From an uncultured virus (IMG/VR IMGVR_UViG_3300046740_000859) (Duplodnaviria > Heunggongvirae > Uroviricota > Caudoviricetes): a stretch of DNA of 64,000 nt. The stretch's first letter is position 1. Every line of letters starts with the position of its first letter. This document shows, piece after piece, positions 59,328-64,000 of the stretch. The translations under genes and the position numbers were made by a program. The notes below the pieces were generated by a model. The model did no database searches. It was not told the origin of the DNA and was given only the letters and a program-made list of their open reading frames with translations. Location of the stretch: IMG/VR virus record IMGVR_UViG_3300046740_000859. One strand, given 5' to 3'.

Positions 59328-59759
59328 TCACGTCGAGCTCTCCTTCTCCAGCCGCGCGATCTCTCTGCGCAAGTACCACTCGGCCTTCTTGAGATCCTCC
59401 AACTCGTGCCCCTTCTCCCCAGCACGCCAGATGTACTTGATCGCGTTGCCTCGGTTGAAGTTGAAGTGCTCGACGACCGTGATGCACTCCACGCCGCTCG
59501 GATGGGCGTTGTAGTGCGGGGGATGGTTCACGGCGTCCTGGCGCGGTTTGTCGAACACCGTCGCCTCGTTCAACGTAACGGTTTCACAGGTCCATACCCA
59601 TCCGTGGTTTTCGATCCTGCGCTTCGCATCGTCCCACAAATCTCCAGGGCCGATACCTGACCCGAGCGACACCGCGATGTAATCCCCTACTACGAGCACT
59701 CGTTGGGTGACGAATTCTTCTCCGGCGCGCTTGGCGCTCCACCACTGCATCTCGGTCAT
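59328..59759 (-). CDS. DUF3310 (SaV-like) domain protein
   Basis: DAVNHPPHY, GNAIKYIWRAGEK, EDLKKAEWYL. Confidence 0.85.
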   Translation of the reverse strand: MTEMQWWSAKRAGEEFVTQRVLVVGDYIAVSLGSGIGPGDLWDDAKRRIENHGWVWTCETVTLNEATVFDKPRQDAVNHPPHYNAHPSGVECITVVEHFNFNRGNAIKYIWRAGEKGHELEDLKKAEWYLRREIARLEKESST

Positions 59760-59877
59760 CTTCACCAACCTCCACGCATTGCTTTCAAGAACACGAACAA
59801 GAGAAGCGGCGCCCCCAGCGCTTCGATGAGCAGCTCGCGCGCCGGACGTTCGACGTAGCGGTTGCCGGCGCGGACTT

Positions 59878-60360
59878 TCACCGCGGCCTCCCCGACTTCG
59901 CAACTTTCCGAGGCTTCTTCCCGGCGAATCCAGGCCGCGTGTCCGGCAACGCAACTTGACTGACGCCGCGAAACGATTTTCGATTCACGTCTACAATTTT
60001 CACCCGATACTCGGCAGCGACGCTCTCTCCGTGAATGAGTTCGAGCGCGTCACGCAGCGCCGATCCAGATTTAGGACCATCGAGGCGACGGTGCTCCTCT
60101 ACAGGTCCCGTGAGGCGCTCGACTTGAATGCCTAGTGAGCTCGCGGGCCAAGACTCCAAAATCAAATCGTACTTCTCGAACAAATCTCCTGTTAGAAATC
60201 CAGCACGTTCGATCGCGCCCGTCGGGAACGATCTATGGTGCTCCTGATCGGCCACGAACCAACAACACGCGCACTGATCGCCCGTGCGTTGCATCACGGT
60301 CATCTTCGGACCACCGCTTTTCAGGCGCACCAGAGCGCCGGTCTCGAAGCCGCCCTTCAT
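59878..60360 (-). CDS. DUF2158/YodC-like domain protein
   Basis: FETGALVRLKSGGPKMTV...CCWF. Confidence 0.7.
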   Translation of the reverse strand: MKGGFETGALVRLKSGGPKMTVMQRTGDQCACCWFVADQEHHRSFPTGAIERAGFLTGDLFEKYDLILESWPASSLGIQVERLTGPVEEHRRLDGPKSGSALRDALELIHGESVAAEYRVKIVDVNRKSFRGVSQVALPDTRPGFAGKKPRKVAKSGRPR

Positions 60361-60701
60361 CTCGGTCTCCCCGACTTCGCGAACTTCTCCTGCGCCTCGA
60401 TGGCGAGATCGAGACACTCGAGCACGTCGAGGCCGAGGTCGTCGACCCAGCGGATCGTCGAGAAGATGATGTTGCCGAGCTCCTTCTTGAGCTCGTGACG
60501 CCATGGTGCCGCGGCGGTTGGCGGGTGCGTGTCGCGTGCGAGCCGTGCGAGATCGCCGACGCCGACCGTCAGCCGAAGCACGATCCCGGCGAGCGCCAGT
60601 TTGTCGTTGCCCCAGATCTGTCGCCCCTGAACCCGCAAAGCCGCGAGCCCAGCGTGCACTTGATCTCGGATCGCTTGTTGATCTCGCATGTCGATCCTCA
60701 T
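60357..60701 (-). CDS. MazG-like all-alpha NTP pyrophosphatase (divergent)
   Basis: VGDLAR...LKKELGNII...LGLD; acidic EExGE motif degenerate. Confidence 0.55.
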   Translation of the reverse strand: MRIDMRDQQAIRDQVHAGLAALRVQGRQIWGNDKLALAGIVLRLTVGVGDLARLARDTHPPTAAAPWRHELKKELGNIIFSTIRWVDDLGLDVLECLDLAIEAQEKFAKSGRPR

Positions 60702-60792
60702 TGGCGTACGACCTTCTTCGTCTTCGGCGTGGCCTCTTGCTTCCTTCTCGCCGAACGTCCCGTTTTTCGGTTTCGCCTTCGTCTGTCTGTTC

Positions 60793-62448
60793 TCATTTTG
60801 ACCTCTTCTCCTTTTCGCTCATCTTCTTCAACGCCGCGGCAAGCCTCGAGAGACCCACGTCCTTTTCGCCGACGAGAGCTTCCTTGAAACCGTCGCCCTT
60901 GTCGGTCTCGACGAGGTCGAGGAAGTTGTCGAGCTTGTTGATGACAGCGTGGAGGATGAGCTCGTCGCCGGTGCCACGCGCAATGACGTACTGAATGAGC
61001 ACTGGATTCGTCGTGGACGCGCCGAACCGATGCGTTCGGGCTTCCCACTGCACGAGATCGCGTGGCTCCCACACGAGCTCGGCGATGACGCCAACGTTCG
61101 CGAACGTCAAGTCAATGCCCGTCGCCGTGCTGTCGATAGTAGTGACCAAGCAGACGGGGCCCTCGACGCGGCGAAGCTCGGCGATGATCTTGTTCCGCCT
61201 CGTGAGCGGCACGCCGCCGTGGATGAACTTGGTCGGCGCGACCTCGGAGATCACATCGCAGATCTTCTCGCAAACAGCTCGACGGTGCGTGCCGACGACG
61301 ACTCGCTGTCCGGCTTCCAGATGCCCTCGAACCAGCTCGAGAACACTCTTGAACTTCCCGTCGGCAGCGCTGTCGAGCGCCATGCGCATCTTCTTCTTGT
61401 CCTCGACGAGACGCGCGTTCATCACGGTGCGGTACTTGGGAGGCACTTGAACGTCGACGATCTGTCGCTGGAGCGCTGGGATCTCCTTGAGCACTTCCCG
61501 CTTCGTTCGACGAAGACAGAACCAGTCGAGCCGCTGTCGGAGCTCCTTCACATTCGATCGCCCGGAGAAGTCCCACACGAGCTTCTTCGTCTTCTCGGGA
61601 CCGTCGACCTCCTTCTGCTGCGCGTCGGCGTAGCGCAATCCGAAACCGAAAAACTCACCGAACCGCCCGGGGCTAATCGTGTCGATGACGTTGTGTAGAT
61701 CCTTCACCTTGTCGACTGGCGGCGTGCCGGTGAGCGCAATACGCCCGCGCGCGACGTGCGCCAACGCGCGGCACGCTGTCGATCTCTTGGACGTCGGGTT
61801 GAGAAGCATCTGCGCTTCGTCGAAGACGATCGTCATGTCGTCCGCAGCCCACTCGAGGAGCACGTCGACCCAGGCGTAGATGATGTCGTAGTGAATCACG
61901 ACGACGTCGGTCTTCGCCGGTATCGGTTCGGGTGTGACACCGTACGGCTTGAAGACGTGCGCCTTCGGCCACCACTTCGCGATCTCGCCCCCCTTGTCAT
62001 CGAACTCCGGCTCTCGTTCCCACACGCCGCGGACGTGAGCTTCGCACACGATGATCGTCTTCCGGCGAAGTGCTCGGACCGCCTTGACGGTCTGGAAGCT
62101 CTTGCCGACGCCCATGTCGTCCGCCAAGAGTGCGCCCGAGCCTGCCTGGTTGATGAGAAAGTCGATGCCTTCCTTCTGGTAGTCGCGCGCGCCGTCGTAG
62201 GAAACCAGCAAGTTGTGCGGCCACTTCCGAGCATTAGTCGGGGGCTCGGGTGCCTTGAGCCCTAGCTCTTTCAAGCGCGCGACGATCTGCTCGACCGCAT
62301 CGACGTAGCCCACATGTGCCTTGAGCTCCGAGTCCCAGCGCATGCCGGGGGTGTTACGCGCGGCCTGGTTCAGCTTCGGCGAGTAGTAACCGACGCTGAT
62401 CGCCCAGAGTGGCGAGTCTTTGAGCCGGCGAAGATGAAAGCCGCTCAC
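60793..62448 (-). CDS. SNF2-family (SMARCAL1-like) helicase/ATPase
   Basis: LLADDMGVGKS, DEAQ, LTGTP, LRRTK, TGIDLT, QWEARTHRFG. Confidence 0.9.
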   Translation of the reverse strand: MSGFHLRRLKDSPLWAISVGYYSPKLNQAARNTPGMRWDSELKAHVGYVDAVEQIVARLKELGLKAPEPPTNARKWPHNLLVSYDGARDYQKEGIDFLINQAGSGALLADDMGVGKSFQTVKAVRALRRKTIIVCEAHVRGVWEREPEFDDKGGEIAKWWPKAHVFKPYGVTPEPIPAKTDVVVIHYDIIYAWVDVLLEWAADDMTIVFDEAQMLLNPTSKRSTACRALAHVARGRIALTGTPPVDKVKDLHNVIDTISPGRFGEFFGFGLRYADAQQKEVDGPEKTKKLVWDFSGRSNVKELRQRLDWFCLRRTKREVLKEIPALQRQIVDVQVPPKYRTVMNARLVEDKKKMRMALDSAADGKFKSVLELVRGHLEAGQRVVVGTHRRAVCEKICDVISEVAPTKFIHGGVPLTRRNKIIAELRRVEGPVCLVTTIDSTATGIDLTFANVGVIAELVWEPRDLVQWEARTHRFGASTTNPVLIQYVIARGTGDELILHAVINKLDNFLDLVETDKGDGFKEALVGEKDVGLSRLAAALKKMSEKEKRSK

Positions 62449-62756
62449 GAGCCGTTCTCCTCTTCAATGTCGAGCCGTCGGCGGTACGCCTCGTCGAGAA
62501 GGTCTGGGTACAACGGGAACGCCACTTCGGGCCCGCTTTCTAAAAAAGAATCGTATTCACGTTCGGCGTAGAACTGTGCCATCTCGCCGCAAAAAGTTGG
62601 GTACGGGATCTCTTCCTTCGCTCTCTCATGGGCTCGCCGGCACAACTTGATCGTGTTGACTAGATGCTCGTTGGTCATGTCGCAGATCCGAACCCTCGTC
62701 CCATCTCTGGTCGTCCACTTTTTCGTAACCTTGGGGGCCACGACGCGCGTAGTCAC
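62445..62756 (-). CDS. Hypothetical phage protein
   Basis: WTTRDG..VRICDMTNEHLVNTIK motif; GTGA overlap with upstream helicase. Confidence 0.55.
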   Translation of the reverse strand: MTTRVVAPKVTKKWTTRDGTRVRICDMTNEHLVNTIKLCRRAHERAKEEIPYPTFCGEMAQFYAEREYDSFLESGPEVAFPLYPDLLDEAYRRRLDIEEENGS

Positions 62757-64000
62757 CGGAGCACCATGAGCTTCGAGGACGCCCGCGTGACGGCCGTGTA
62801 GAGCCACCTACGCCAGTCCTCTTCACCGACCGGTCCGGGCTTCTCAGCGCAGACGACCAGATCGTCGAACTGCGAACCCTGCATCTTGTGCACGGTCATC
62901 GCGTAGCCAAAGTCGAAGAGGCTTCCGGCAGTCGAGAACGAGTGGATCCCTGTCTCACGCGCGAGCTCCTCAGGCGAGGAGTACGTCTTCTCGCGCCCGA
63001 ACTGCGGCCCGAACATCTCGTACTCCACCACGCTGATCTCGTCCTCAGGGAACTCGATCGTACCGAGAAGCTGCGTTTCGCTTTCTCGCGCCGACTTTCC
63101 GTAGGCGTCCGTCAGCTCGCCGTGCGTGTCCCTGACCAACTTCCACGTCACATCGCCCTGAAGCACGCCGCGCATCCCGTTGGCCACTGGCGGGCGGCCG
63201 CCTTGCTCCTTGATGTTGCGAAGGCAGATGACATGCTCGCCCTTACGCGGAAGATCCCGGCCATCTCGTGAGATACCTCGCACGCGACGAACGGTAGCGT
63301 TGAGCCCGACGCGCCGACGGTTGGTGTAGCAAGCAAGCCCCATTTCGAGCAGGCGCACCGCCGAGGCGTTCTCGTAACGCTCCTCGACGATCCGATCGAT
63401 GAAGCGTAGCCGCTCGAACCGCACCGAGTCGCCGGGCATGCTCTCGGGAAGGCGCCCTTCCTCACGGATCAACTTCGAGAGCGCGATGATGGGATTACCC
63501 TCCGCTTGCCGGTGGATCTTCTCGAGGCGTAGGTTGGGGCTCTTCATGAGGCTACCAACGCCGCCGACGGGCGGGAGCTGGCCGTGGTCGCCAACCGCAA
63601 GGATCGGCACGCCGTAGCTCTGGAGGTCGCGGAGCATCATGTCGTCGACCATCGACGCCTCGTCTACGATGATGAGCCCGTAGCGTCGATCGAGCGCTTC
63701 TCGGCGAAGCCACTCCTTGCCACCACAGAGCTTGCACCTGCCGTCGACTTTCTCGACGTAGACGAACTTCTGCGCCGGCTTGAGCGCGTCGAAGGCTGCC
63801 TTCGACTTGATCAACCCGACGTGCCCTTTCGCGCAAACGCTCCGGACCGGAAGGTCGTACTCCCAAGTCGTCTCGCCGACGCAGCCCTTCTCAGGGCACG
63901 GCTTCTGGATCTCGACGGTCTTCGGTTCGAGGCAATCGCACGGCCGGTAGATGAGCGAGTGGATCGTCCCGCAGTAGGGGCGCGGGTCGGACGACGTTAT
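62753..64000 (-). CDS. RecD2/Dda-like SF1B helicase (5' end outside window)
   Basis: Frame open to window edge; TIHSLIY, IVDEASMV, GDHGQLPPV, IHRQ, YAMTVHKMQGSQF, LYTAVTRA. Confidence 0.9.
   Translation of the reverse strand: MTSSDPRPYCGTIHSLIYRPCDCLEPKTVEIQKPCPEKGCVGETTWEYDLPVRSVCAKGHVGLIKSKAAFDALKPAQKFVYVEKVDGRCKLCGGKEWLRREALDRRYGLIIVDEASMVDDMMLRDLQSYGVPILAVGDHGQLPPVGGVGSLMKSPNLRLEKIHRQAEGNPIIALSKLIREEGRLPESMPGDSVRFERLRFIDRIVEERYENASAVRLLEMGLACYTNRRRVGLNATVRRVRGISRDGRDLPRKGEHVICLRNIKEQGGRPPVANGMRGVLQGDVTWKLVRDTHGELTDAYGKSARESETQLLGTIEFPEDEISVVEYEMFGPQFGREKTYSSPEELARETGIHSFSTAGSLFDFGYAMTVHKMQGSQFDDLVVCAEKPGPVGEEDWRRWLYTAVTRASSKLMVLR

Overview
This window is a GC-rich, gene-dense segment of what looks like a large bacterial dsDNA virus or provirus. 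No bacterial housekeeping operons are visible. Myxobacterial-style lipoproteins suggest a Myxococcota/Polyangia host (inference). Layout: (i) 1-14 kb: small early/accessory ORFs, a Dam methylase, a candidate structured ncRNA and a minus-strand operon of multi-domain proteins with V-x-E linkers and Arg-rich tails; (ii) 14-22 kb: GH73 hydrolase, TM-receiver fusion, small membrane proteins, GroES-like and RadC/JAB genes; (iii) 22-49 kb plus 53.8-55.8 kb: a morphogenesis module with no recognisable terminase, portal, HK97 capsid or tail genes. It holds LysM/PG-binding membrane proteins, a transglutaminase-like protein, a protamine-like core protein, putative jelly-roll capsid proteins, five fibre/spike-like proteins sharing an N-terminal YP motif, a glycosylation/methylation cassette, and a papain-like protease; (iv) 49-64 kb, mostly minus strand: Cre-like recombinase, a complete tmRNA gene (tag ANDNASRIAA), ThyX, SLOG, MazG-like, SNF2 and RecD/Dda-like helicases. 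Best hypothesis: an undescribed large tailless, membrane-containing virus with modular virion-targeting signals. All protein calls come from reading motifs by eye; no searches were run.
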